Source: Eledone cirrhosa
Taxonomy: Eukaryota
NCBI GenBank assembly: GCA_964016885.1
Contig: OZ024740.1
Location: forward strand, 401,264,001 to 401,328,000
DNA length: 64,000 nucleotides
Direction: 5' to 3'
The position numbers and the translations under genes are program-made. Of the stretch, positions 43,901 through 59,500 are shown piece after piece; the stretch's first letter is position 1, and each line of letters begins with the position of its first letter. A model generated the notes under the pieces. It was not told the DNA's origin. It was given only the letters and a program-made list of their open reading frames with translations, and ran no database searches.

Positions 43901-46900
43901 ATAGAGCACTATGTAGAATTAGTACGACATAGAACACTATGTAGAATCAGTACAACATAGAACACTACGTAGAATCAATACAACATAGAATACTATGTAG
44001 AATCAGCACAACATAGAACACTATGTAGAATCAATACAACATAGAACACTATGTAGAATCAGCACAACATAGAATACTATGTAGAATCGGTACAGCATAG
44101 AACACTATGTAGAATCAGTACAACATAGAACACTATGGAGAATCAGCACAGCATAGAACACTATGTAAAATCAATACAACATAGAACACTATGTAGAATT
44201 AGTACGACATAGAACACTATGTAGAATCAGTACAGTATAGAGCACTATGTAGAATCAGTACAACATAGAACACTACGTAGAATCAATACAACATAGAATA
44301 CTATGCAGAATCAGCACAATATAGAACACTATGTAGAATCAATACAACATAGAACACTATGTAGAATCAGCACAACATAGAACACTATGTAGAATCAATA
44401 CAACATAGAGCACTATGTAGAATCAGTACAACATAGAACACTATGTAGAATCAGCACAACTTAGAAAACTATGTAGAATCACTACAGTATAGATCACTAT
44501 GTAGAATCAGAACACTATAGAACACTATGTAGAATCAGCACAGTATAGAACACTATGTAGGATCAGAACACTAGAGAACACTATGTAAAATCAGTACATC
44601 ATAGAACACTATGTAGAATCAGTACAGTATAGAACACTATGTAGAATCAGTACAGTATAGAACACGATGTAGAATCAGTACAGTATAGAACACTATGTAG
44701 GATCAGAACACTATAGAACACTATGTAGAATCAGCACAACATAGAACACTATGTAGAATCAATACAACATAGAGCAATATGTAGAATCAGTACAACATAG
44801 AACACTATGTAGAATCAGCACAACATAGAAAACTATGTAGAATCAGTACAGTATAGATCACTATGTAGAATCAGAACACTATAGAACACTATGTAGAATC
44901 AGTACAGTAGAGAAAGCTATTTAGAATCAGTACACTATAGAACACTATGTAAAATCAGTACAACATAGAACACTATGTAGAATCAGTACAGTATAGAACA
45001 CTATGTAGAATCAGTACAACATAGAACACTATGTAGAATCAACACAACGTAGAACACTATGTAGAATCCGCACGGCATAGAACATAATGTAAAATCAATA
45101 TAGTATAGAACACTATGTAGAATCAGTACAGTATAGAACACTATGTAGAATCAGTACAACATAGAAGACTATGTAGATTCAGTACAACATAGAACACTAT
45201 GTAGAATCAGTACAACATAGAACACCATATAGAATCAATTCAACATAGAACATTACGTAGAATCAGTACAACATAGAACACTATGTAGAATCAGTACAGT
45301 ATAGAACACTATGTAGAATCAGAACAGTATAGAACACTATGTAGAATCAGTACAACATAGAACACTATGTAGAATCAGTACAGTATAGAACCCTATGTAT
45401 AATCAGTACAGTATAGAACACTATGTAGAATCAGTACAACATAGAACACCATGTAGAATCAACTAAAAATAGAACATTACGTAGAAACAGTACAACATAG
45501 AACACTATGTAGAATCGGTACAACATAGAACACTATGTAGAATCAGTACAACATAGAACACTATGGAGAATCAGCACAGCATAGAACGCTATGTAGAATC
45601 AATACAACATAGAACACTATGTAGAATTAGTACGACATAGAACACTATGTAGAATCAGTACAGTATAGAGCACTATGTAGAATCAGTACAACATAAAACA
45701 CTACGTAGAATCAATACAACATAGAATACTATGCAGAATCAGCACAACATAGAACACTATGTAGAATCAATACAACATAGAACACTATGTAGAATCAGCA
45801 CAACATAGAACACTATGTAGAATCAATACAACATAGAGCACTATGTAGAATCAGTACAACATAGAACACTATGTAGAATCAGCACAACTTAGAAAACTAT
45901 GTAGAATCAGTACAGTATAGATCACTATGTAGAATCAGAACACTATAGAACACTATGTAGAATCAGCACAGTATAGAACACTATGTAGGAGCAGAACACT
46001 AGAGAACACTATGTAAAACCAGTACATCATAGAACACTATGTAGAATCAGTACAGTATAGAACACTATGTATAATCAGTACAGTATAGAACACGATGTAG
46101 AATCAGTACAGTATAAAACACTATGTAGGATCAGAACACTATAGAACACTATGTAGAATCAGCACAACATAGAACACTATGTAGAATCAGTACAACATAG
46201 AAAACTATGTAGAATCAGTACAGTATAGATCACTATGTAGAATCAGAACACTATAGAACACTATGTAGAATCAGTACAGTAGAGAAAGCTATTTAGAATC
46301 AGTACACTATAGAACACTATGTAAAATCAGTACAACATAGAACACTATGTAGAATCAGTACAACATAGAAAACTATGTAGATTCAGTACAGCATAGAACA
46401 CTATGTAGAATCAGTACAGTATAGTACTCTATGTAGAATCAGTATAACATAGAATCATTATGTAAAATCAGTACATCATAGAACACTATGTAGAATCAGT
46501 ACAGTATAGAACACTATGTAGAATCAGTAAGTATAGAACACTATGTAGAATCAGTACAGTATAGAACACTATGTAGAATCAGTACAACATAGTACACCAT
46601 GTAGAATCAGTACAACATAGAACACTATGTAGAATCAGTACAGTATAGAACACTATGTAGAATCAGAACAGTATAGAACACTGTGTAGAATCAGTACAAC
46701 ATAGAACACTATGTAGAATCAGTACAGTATAGAACACTATTTATAATCAGTACAGTATAGAACACTATGTAGAATCAGTACAACATAGAACACCATGTAG
46801 AATCAACTAAAAATAGAACATCACGTAGAATCAGAACAACATAGAACACTATGTAGAATCGGTACAACATAGAACACTATGTAGAATCAGTACAACATAG

Positions 46901-48159
46901 AACACTATGGAGACTCAGCACAGCATAGAACACTATGTAGAATGAATACAACATAGAGCACTATGTAGAATTAGTACGACATAGAACACTATGTAGAATC
47001 AGTACAGTATAGAGCACTATGTAGAATCAGTACAACATAGAACACTACGTAGAATCAATACAACATAGAATACTATGTAGAATCAGCACAACATAGAACA
47101 CTATGTAGAATCTATACAACATAGAACACTATGTAGAATCAGCACAACATAGAACACTATGTAGAATCAATACAACATAGAGCACTATGTAGAATCAGTA
47201 CAACATAGAACACTATGTAGAATCAGCACAACATAGAACACTATGTAGAATCAATACAACATAGAGCACTATGTAGAATCAGCACAACATAGAAAACTAT
47301 GTAGAATCAGTACAGTATAGAACACTATGTAGAATCAGAACACTATAGAACACTATGTAGAATCAGCACAGTATAGAACACTATGTAGGATCAGAACACT
47401 ATAGAACACTATGTAAAATCAGTACATCATAGAACACTATGTAGAATCAGTACAGTATAGAACACTATGTAGAATCAGTACAGTATAGAACACTATGTAG
47501 AATCAGAACACTATAGAACACTATGTAGAATCAGTACAGTATAGAATACTATGTAGGATCAGAACACTATAGAACACTATGTAAAATCAGTACAACATAG
47601 AACACTATGTAGAATCAGTACAGTATAGAGCACTATGTAGAATCAGTACAACATAGAACACTATGTAGAATCAGCACAACATAGAACACTATGTAGAATC
47701 AATACAACATAGAACACTATGTAGAATCAGTACAACATAGTACACTATGTAGAATCAGTACAGTATAGAGCACAATGTAGAATCAGTACAACATAGAACA
47801 CTACGTAGAATCAATACAACATAGAACACTATGTAGAATCAGCAAAACATAGAAAACTATGTAGAATCAATACAACATAGAACACTATGTAGAATCAGCA
47901 CAACATAGAACACTATGTAGAATCAATACAACATAGAGCACTATGTAGAATCAGTACAACATAGAACACTATGTAGAATCAGCACAACATAGAAAACTAT
48001 GTAGAATCAATACAACATAGAACACCATATAGAATCAATTCAACATAGAACATTACGTAGAATCAGTACAACATAGAATACTATGTAGAATCAGTACAGT
48101 ATAGAACACTATGTAGAATCAGAACAGTATAGAACACTATGTAGAATCAGTACAACATA

Positions 48160-51100
48160 GAACACTATGTAGAATCAGTACAGTATAGAAGCCTATGTAT
48201 AATGAGTACAGTATAGAACACTATGTAGAATCAGTACAACATAGAACACCATGTAGAATCAACTAAAAATAGAACATTACGTAGAAACAGTACAACATCG
48301 AACACTACGTAGAATCGGTACAACATAGAACACTATGTAGAATCAGTACAACATAGAACACTATGGAGAATCAGCACAGCATAGAACACTATGTAGAATC
48401 AATACAACATAGAACACTATGTAGAATTAGTACGACATAGAACACTATGTAGAATCAGTACAGTATAGAGCACTATGTAGAATCAGTACAACATAGAACA
48501 CTACGTAGAATCAATACAACATAGAATACTATGCAGAATCAGCACAACATAGAACACTATGTAGAATCAATACAACATAGAACACTATGTAGAATCAGCA
48601 CAACATAGAACACTATGTAGAATCAATACAACATAGTGCACTATGTAGAATCAGCACAACATAGAACACTATGTAGAATCAATACAACATAGAACACTAT
48701 GTAGAATCAGCACAACTTAGAAAACTATGTAGAATCAGTACAGTATAGATCACTATGTAGAATCAGAACACTATAGAACACTATGTAGAATCAGCACAGT
48801 ATAGAACACTATGTAGGATCAGAACACTAGAGAACACTATGTAAAATCAGTACATCATAGAACACTATGTAGAATCAGTACAGTATAGAACACTATGTAG
48901 AATCAGTACAGTATAGAACACGATGTAGAATCAGTACAGTATAGAACACTATGTAGGATCAGAACACTATAGAACACTATGTAGAATCAGCACAACATAG
49001 AACTCTATGTAGAATCAATACAACATAGAGCACTATGTAGAATCAGTACAACATAGAACACTATGTAGAATCAGCACAACATAGAAAACTATGTAGAATC
49101 AGTACAGTATAGATCACTATGTAGAATCAGAACACTATAGAACACTATGTAGAATCAGTACAGTATAGAATACTATGTAGGATCAGAACACTATAGAACA
49201 CTATGTAAAATCAGTACAACATAGAACACTATGTAGAATCAGTACAGTATAGAGCACTATGTAGAATCAGTACAACATAGAACACTATGTAGAATCAGCA
49301 CAACATAGAACACTATTTAGAATCAATACAACATAGAACACTATGTAGAATCAGTACAACATAGAACACTATGTAGAATCAGCACAGTATAGAGCACCAT
49401 GTAGAATCAGTACAACATAGAACACTACGTAGAATCAATACAACATAGAACACTATGTAGAATCAGCAAAACATAGAACACTATGTAGAATCAATACAAC
49501 ATAGAACACTATGTAGAATCAGCACAACATAGAGCACTATGTAGAATCAGTACAACATAGAACACTATGTAGAATCAGCACAACATAGAACACTACGTAC
49601 AATCAGTACAGTATAGAACACTATGTAGAATCAGTACAACATAGAACACTATGTAGAATCAGTACAGTATAGACTATTATGCATAATCAGTGCAGTATAG
49701 AACACTATCTAGAATCAGTACAACATAGAACACTATGTAGAATCAACACAACATAGAACACTATGTATAATCCGCACAACATAGAACACTATGTAAAATC
49801 AGTACAGTATAGAACACTATGTAGAATCAGTACAGTATAGAACACTATGTAGAAGCAGTACAGTATAGAACACTATGTAGAATCAGTACAACATAGAACA
49901 CTATGTAAAATTTGTGCATCATAGAACACTATGTAGAATCAGTACAGTATAGAACACTATGTAGAATCAGTACAGTAGAGAACACTATGTATAATCAGTA
50001 CAACATATAACACTATGTAGATTCAGTACAGTATAGAACACTATGTAGAATCAGTACAGTATAGAACACGATGTAGAATCAGTACAGTATAGAACACTAT
50101 GTAGGATCAGAACACTATAGAACACTATGTAGAATCAGCACAACATAGAACTCTATGTAGAATCAATACAACATAGAGCACTATGTAGAATCAGTACAAC
50201 ATAGAACACTATGTAGAATCAATACAACATAGAACACTATGTAGAATCAACAAAACATAGAACACTATGTAGAATCAATACAACATAGAACACTATTTAG
50301 AATCAATACAACATAGAACACTATGTAGAATCAGTACAACATAGAACACTATGTAGAATCAGTACAGTATAGAAGCCTATGTATAATGAGTACAGTATAG
50401 AACACTATGTAGAATCAGTACAACATAGAACACCATGTAGAATCAACTAAAAATAGAACATTACGTAGAAACAGTACAACATCGAACACTACGTAGAATC
50501 GGTACAACATAGAACACTATGTAGAATCAGTACAACATAGAACACTATGGAGAATCAGCACAGCATAGAACACTATGTAGAATCAATACAACATAGAACA
50601 CTATGTAGAATTAGTACGACATAGAACACTATGTAGAATCAGTACAGTATAGAGCACTATGTAGAATCAGTACAACATAGAACACTACGTAGAATCAATA
50701 CAACATAGAATACTATGCAGAATCAGCACAACATAGAACACTATGTAGAATCAATACAACATAGAACACTATGTAGAATCAGCACAACATAGAACACTAT
50801 GTAGAATCAATACAACATAGTGCACTATGTAGAATCAGCACAACATAGAACACTATGTAGAATCAATACAACATAGAACACTATGTAGAATCAGCACAAC
50901 TTAGAAAACTATGTAGAATCAGTACAGTATAGATCACTATGTAGAATCAGAACACTATAGAACACTATGTAGAATCAGCACAGTATAGAACACTATGTAG
51001 GATCAGAACACTAGAGAACACTATGTAAAATCAGTACATCATAGAACACTATGTAGAATCAGTACAGTATAGAACACTATGTAGAATCAGTACAGTATAG

Positions 51101-52550
51101 AACACGATGTAGAATCAGTACAGTATAGAACACTATGTAGGATCAGAACACTATAGAACACTATGTAGAATCAGCACAACATAGAACTCTATGTAGAATC
51201 AATACAACATAGAGCACTATGTAGAATCAGTACAACATAGAACACTATGTAGAATCAGCACAACATAGAAAACTATGTAGAATCAGTACAGTATAGATCA
51301 CTATGTAGAATCAGAACACTATAGAACACTATGTAGAATCAGTACAGTATAGAATACTATGTAGGATCAGAACACTATAGAACACTATGTAAAATCAGTA
51401 CAACATAGAACACTATGTAGAATCAGTACAGTATAGAGCACTATGTAGAATCAGTACAACATAGAACACTATGTAGAATCAGCACAACATAGAACACTAT
51501 TTAGAATCAATACAACATAGAACACTATGTAGAATCAGTACAACATAGAACACTATGTAGAATCAGCACAGTATAGAGCACCATGTAGAATCAGTACAAC
51601 ATAGAACACTACGTAGAATCAATACAACATAGAACACTATGTAGAATCAGCAAAACATAGAACACTATGTAGAATCAATACAACATAGAACACTATGTAG
51701 AATCAGCACAACATAGAACACTATGTAGAATCAATACAACATAGAGCACTATGTAGAATCAGTACAACATAGAACACTATGTAGAATCAGCACAACATAG
51801 AACACTACGTACAATCAGTACAGTATAGAACACTATGTAGAATCAGTACAACATAGAACACTATGTAGAATCAGTACAGTATAGACTATTATGCATAATC
51901 AGTGCAGTATAGAACACTATCTAGAATCAGTACAACATAGAACACTATGTAGAATCAACACAACATAGAACACTATGTATAATCCGCACAACATAGAACA
52001 CTATGTAAAATCAGTACAGTATAGAACACTATGTAGAATCAGTACAGTATAGAACACTATGTAGAAGCAGTACAGTATAGAACACTATGTAGAATCAGTA
52101 CAACATAGAACACTATGTAGAATTTGTGCATCATAGAACACTATGTAGAATCAGTACAGTATAGAACACTATGTAGAATCAGTACAGTAGAGAACACTAT
52201 GTATAATCAGTACAACATATAACACTATGTAGATTCAGTACAGTATAGAACACTATGTAGAATCAGTACAGTATAGAACACGATGTAGAATCAGTACAGT
52301 ATAGAACACTATGTAGGATCAGAACACTATAGAACACTATGTAGAATCAGCACAACATAGAACTCTATGTAGAATCAATACAACATAGAACACTATGTAG
52401 AATCAGTACAACATAGAACACTATGTAGAATCAATACAACATAGAACACTATGTAGAATCAGCAAAACATAGAACACTATGTAGAATCAATACAACATAG
52501 AACACTATTTAGAATCAATACAACATAGAACACTATGTAGAATCAGTACA
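48160..52550. repeat. Tandem duplication, period 2184-2212 bp (78-79 monomers)
   Basis: GCCTATGTATAATGAG at 48191/50375 (+2184). TTTGTGCATC at 49911/52123 (+2212, one extra monomer). Confidence 0.85.
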
Positions 52551-55500
52551 ACATAGAACACTATGTAGAATCAGTACAGTATAGAGCACTATGTAGAATC
52601 AGTACAACATAGAACACTACGTAGAATCAATACAACATAGAACACTATGTAGAATCAGCAAAACATAGAACACTATGTAGAATCAATACAACATAGAACA
52701 CTATGTAGAATCAGCACAACATAGAACACTATGTAGAATCAATACAACATAGAGCACTATGTAGAATCAGTACAACATAGAACACTATGTAGAATCAGCA
52801 CAACATAGAAAACTATGTAGAATCAATACAACATGGAACACTATGTAGAATCAGTACAACATAGAACACTACGTACAATCAGTACAGTATAGAACACTAT
52901 GTAGAATCAGTACAACATAGAACACTATGTAGAATCAACACAACATAGAACACTATGTATAATCCGCACAACATAGAACACTATGTAAAATCAGTACAGT
53001 ATAGAACACTATGTAGAATCAGTACAGTAGAGAACACTATGTATAATCAGTACAACATATAACACTATGTAGATTCAGTACAGTATAGAACACTATGTAT
53101 AATCCGCACAACATAAACACTATGTAGAATCAGTACAGTATAGAAAACTATGTAGAATCAGTACAGTATAGAACATCATGTAGAATTAGTACAGTATAGA
53201 ACACTATGTAGAATCAGTACAACATTGAACACTATGTTGTATCAACACAACATAGAACACTATGTAGAATCAGTACACTATAGAACACTATGTAGAATCA
53301 GTACAACATAGAACACTATGTAGAATCAGTACACTATAGAACACTATGTAAAATCAGTACAGTATAGAACACTATGTAGAATCAGTACAGTATAGAACAT
53401 CATGTAGAATTAGTACAGTATAGAACACTATGTAGAATCAGTACAACATAGAACACTATGTAGAATCAGTACAACATATAACACTATGTAGATTCAGTAC
53501 AGTATAGAACGCTATGTAGAATCAGTACAAAATAGAACATTATGCAGAATCAATACAGTATAGAACCCTATGTAGAATCAGTACAACATAGAACACTATG
53601 CAGAATCAGTAGAGTATAGAACACTATGTTGAATCAGTACAACATATAACACTATGCAGAATCAGTACAGTATAGAACACTATGTAGAATCAGTACAACA
53701 TAGAACACTATGTAGAATCAGTACATTATAGAACACTATGTAGAATCAGTACAACATAGAACACTACGTAGAATCAATACAACATAGAACACTATGTAGA
53801 ATCAGCAAAACATAGAACACTATGTAGAATCAATACAACATAGAACACTATGTAGAATCAGCACAACATAGAACACTATGTAGAATCAATACAACATAGA
53901 GCACTATGTAGAATCAGTACAACATAGAACACTATGTAGAATCAGCACAACATAGAAAACTATGTAGAATCAATACAACATAGAACACTATGTAGAATCA
54001 GTACAACATAGAACACTACGTACAATCAGTACAGTATAGAACACTATGTAGAATCAGTACAACATAGAACACTATGTAGAATCAACACAACATAGAACAC
54101 TATGTATAATCCGCACAACATAGAACACTATGTAAAATCAGTACAGTATAGAACACTATGTAGAATCAGTACAGTATAGAACACTATGCAGAAGCAGTAC
54201 AGTATAGAACACTATGTAGAATCAGTACAACATAGAACACTATGTAGAATTTGTGCATCATAGAACACTATTTAGAATCAGTACAGTATAGAACACTATG
54301 TAGAATCAGTACAGTAGAGAACACTATGTATAATCAGTACAACATATAACACTATGTAGATTCAGTACAGTATAGAACACTATGTATAATCCGCACAACA
54401 TAAACACTATGTAGAATCAGTACAGTATAGAAAACTATGTAGAATCAGTACAGTATAGAACATCATGTAGAATTAGTACAGTATAGAACACTATGTAGAA
54501 TCAGTACAACATTGAACACTATGTTGTATCAACACAACATAGAACACTATGTAGAATCAGTACACTATAGAACACTATGTAGAATCAGTACAACATAGAA
54601 CACTATGTAGAATCAGTACACTATAGAACACTATGTAAAATCAGTACAGTATAGAACACTATGTAGAATCAGTACAGTATAGAACATCATGTAGAATTAG
54701 TACAGTATAGAACACTATGTAGAATCAGTACAACATAGAACACTATGTAGAATCAGTACAACATATAACACTATGTAGATTCAGTACAGTATAGAACCCT
54801 ATGTAGAATCAGTACAACATAGAACACTATGCAGAATCAGTAGAGTATAGAACACTATGTTGAATCAGTACAACATATAACACTATGCAGAATCAGTACA
54901 GTATAGAACACTATGTAGAATCAGTACAATATAGAACATTATGTAGAATCAGTAAGTATAGAACACTATGTAGAATCAGTACAGTATAGAACACTATTTA
55001 GAATCAGTACAGTATAGAACACTATGTAGAATCAGTACAACATAGAACACTACGTAGAATCAATACAACATAGAATACTATGCAGAATCAGCACAACATA
55101 GAACACTATGTAGAATCAATACAACATAGAACACTATGTAGAATCAGCACAACATAGAACACTATGTAGAATCAATACAACATAGTGCACTATGTAGAAT
55201 CAGCACAACATAGAACACTATGTAGAATCAATACAACATAGAACACTATGTAGAATCAGCACAACTTAGAAAACTATGTAGAATCAGTACAGTATAGATC
55301 ACTATGTAGAATCAGAACACTATAGAACACTATGTAGAATCAGCACAGTATAGAACACTATGTAGGATCAGAACACTAGAGAACACTATGTAAAATCAGT
55401 ACATCATAGAACACTATGTAGAATCAGTACAGTATAGAACACTATGTAGAATCAGTACAGTATAGAACACGATGTAGAATCAGTACAGTATAGAACACTA

Positions 55501-58500
55501 TATAGGATCAGAACACTATAGAACACTATGTAGAATCAGCACAACATAGAACTCTATGTAGAATCAATACAACATAGAGCACTATGTAGAATCAGTACAA
55601 CATAGAACACTATGTAGAATCAGCACAACATAGAAAACTATGTAGAATCAGTACAGTATAGATCACTATGTAGAATCAGAACACTATAGAACACTATGTA
55701 GAATCAGTACAGTATAGAATACTATGTAGGATCAGAACACTATAGAACACTATGTAAAATCAGTACAACATAGAACACTATGTAGAATCAGTACAGTATA
55801 GAGCACTATGTAGAATCAGTACAACATAGAACACTATGTAGAATCAGCACAACATAGAACACTATTTAGAATCAATACAACATAGAACACTATGTAGAAT
55901 CAGTACAACATAGAACACTATGTAGAATCAGCACAGTATAGAGCACCATGTAGAATCAGTACAACATAGAACACTACGTAGAATCAATACAACATAGAAC
56001 ACTATGTAGAATCAGCAAAACATAGAACACTATGTAGAATCAATACAACATAGAACACTATGTAGAATCAGCACAACATAGAACACTATGTAGAATCAAT
56101 ACAACATAGAGCACTATGTAGAATCAGTACAACATAGAACACTATGTAGAATCAGCACAACATAGAACACTACGTACAATCAGTACAGTATAGAACACTA
56201 TGTAGAATCAGTACAACATAGAACACTATGTAGAATCAGTACAGTATAGACTATTATGCATAATCAGTGCAGTATAGAACACTATCTAGAATCAGTACAA
56301 CATAGAACACTATGTAGAATCAACACAACATAGAACACTATGTATAATCCGCACAACATAGAACACTATGTAAAATCAGTACAACATAGAACACTATGTA
56401 GAATCAGCACAACATAGAACACTACGTACAATCAGTACAGTATAGAACACTATGTAGAATCAGTACAGTATAGAACACTATGTAGAAGCAGTACAGTATA
56501 GAACACTATGTAGAATCAGTACAACATAGAACACTATGTAGAATTTGTGCATCATAGAACACTATGTAGAATCAGTACAGTATAGAACACTATGTAGAAT
56601 CAGTACAGTAGAGAACACTATGTATAATCAGTACAACATATAACACTATGTAGATTCAGTACAGTATAGAACACTATGTAGAATCAGTACAGTATAGAAC
56701 ACGATGTAGAATCAGTACAGTATAGAACACTATGTAGGATCAGAACACTATAGAACACTATGTAGAATCAGCACAACATAGAACTCTATGTAGAATCAAT
56801 ACAACATAGAACACTATGTAGAATCAGTACAACATAGAACACTACGTAGAATCAATACAACATAGAACACTATGTAGAATCAGCAAAACATAGAACACTA
56901 TGTAGAATCAATACAACATAGAACACTATTTAGAATCAATACAACATAGAACACTATGTAGAATCAGTACAACATAGAACACTATGTAGAATCAGTACAG
57001 TATAGAGCACTATGTAGAATCAGTACAACATAGAACACTACGTAGAATCAATACAACATAGAACACTATGTAGAATCAGCAAAACATAGAACACTATGTA
57101 GAATCAATACAACATAGAACACTATGTAGAATCAGCACAACATAGAACACTATGTAGAATCAATACAACATAGAGCACTATGTAGAATCAGTACAACATA
57201 GAACACTATGTAGAATCAGCACAACATAGAAAACTATGTAGAATCAATACAACATGGAACACTATGTAGAATCAGTACAACATAGAACACTACGTACAAT
57301 CAGTACAGTATAGAACACTATGTAGAATCAGTACAACATAGAACACTATGTAGAATCAACACAACATAGAACACTATGTATAATCCGCACAACATAGAAC
57401 ACTATGTAAAATCAGTACAGTATAGAACACTATGTAGAATCAGTACAGTAGAGAACACTATGTATAATCAGTACAACATATAACACTATGTAGATTCAGT
57501 ACAGTATAGAACACTATGTATAATCCGCACAACATAAACACTATGTAGAATCAGTACAGTATAGAAAACTATGTAGAATCAGTACAGTATAGAACATCAT
57601 GTAGAATTAGTACAGTATAGAACACTATGTAGAATCAGTACAACATTGAACACTATGTTGTATCAACACAACATAGAACACTATGTAGAATCAGTACACT
57701 ATAGAACACTATGTAGAATCAGTACAACATAGAACACTATGTAGAATCAGTACACTATAGAACACTATGTAAAATCAGTACAGTATAGAACACTATGTAG
57801 AATCAGTACAGTATAGAACATCATGTAGAATTAGTACAGTATAGAACACTATGTAGAATCAGTACAACATAGAACACTATGTAGAATCAGTACAACATAT
57901 AACACTATGTAGATTCAGTACAGTATAGAACGCTATGTAGAATCAGTACAAAATAGAACATTATGCAGAATCAATACAGTATAGAACCCTATGTAGAATC
58001 AGTACAACATAGAACACTATGCAGAATCAGTAGAGTATAGAACACTATGTTGAATCAGTACAACATATAACACTATGCAGAATCAGTACAGTATAGAACA
58101 CTATGTAGAATCAGTACAACATAGAACACTATGTAGAATCAGTACATTATAGAACACTATGTAGAATCAGTACAACATAGAACACTACGTAGAATCAATA
58201 CAACATAGAACACTATGTAGAATCAGCAAAACATAGAACACTATGTAGAATCAATACAACATAGAACACTATGTAGAATCAGCACAACATAGAACACTAT
58301 GTAGAATCAATACAACATAGAGCACTATGTAGAATCAGTACAACATAGAACACTATGTAGAATCAGCACAACATAGAAAACTATGTAGAATCAATACAAC
58401 ATAGAACACTATGTAGAATCAGTACAACATAGAACACTACGTACAATCAGTACAGTATAGAACACTATGTAGAATCAGTACAACATAGAACACTATGTAG

Positions 58501-59500
58501 AATCAACACAACATAGAACACTATGTATAATCCGCACAACATAGAACACTATGTAAAATCAGTACAGTATAGAACACTATGTAGAATCAGTACAGTATAG
58601 AACACTATGCAGAAGCAGTACAGTATAGAACACTATGTAGAATCAGTACAACATAGAACACTATGTAGAATTTGTGCATCATAGAACACTATTTAGAATC
58701 AGTACAGTATAGAACACTATGTAGAATCAGTACAGTAGAGAACACTATGTATAATCAGTACAACATATAACACTATGTAGATTCAGTACAGTATAGAACA
58801 CTATGTATAATCCGCACAACATAAACACTATGTAGAATCAGTACAGTATAGAAAACTATGTAGAATCAGTACAGTATAGAACATCATGTAGAATTAGTAC
58901 AGTATAGAACACTATGTAGAATCAGTACAACATTGAACACTATGTTGTATCAACACAACATAGAACACTATGTAGAATCAGTACACTATAGAACACTATG
59001 TAGAATCAGTACAACATAGAACACTATGTAGAATCAGTACACTATAGAACACTATGTAAAATCAGTACAGTATAGAACACTATGTAGAATCAGTACAGTA
59101 TAGAACATCATGTAGAATTAGTACAGTATAGAACACTATGTAGAATCAGTACAACATAGAACACTATGTAGAATCAGTACAACATATAACACTATGTAGA
59201 TTCAGTACAGTATAGAACGCTATGTAGAATCAGTACAAAATAGAACATTATGCAGAATCAATACAGTATAGAACCCTATGTAGAATCAGTACAACATAGA
59301 ACACTATGCAGAATCAGTAGAGTATAGAACACTATGTTGAATCAGTACAACATATAACACTATGCAGAATCAGTACAGTATAGAACACTATGTAGAATCA
59401 GTACAATATAGAACATTATGTAGAATCAGTAAGTATAGAACACTATGTAGAATCAGTACAGTATAGAACACTATTTAGAATCAGTACAGTATAGAACACT
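50660..59500. repeat. Tandem duplication, period ~4.4 kb (4365-4421 bp), with a nested 1287-bp duplication
   Basis: TGCACTATG 50821/55186 (+4365). ACATGGAAC 52831/57252 (+4421). ATGTTGTATC at 53234, 54521, 57655, 58942 (+1287 within a copy, +4421 between copies). Confidence 0.85.
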
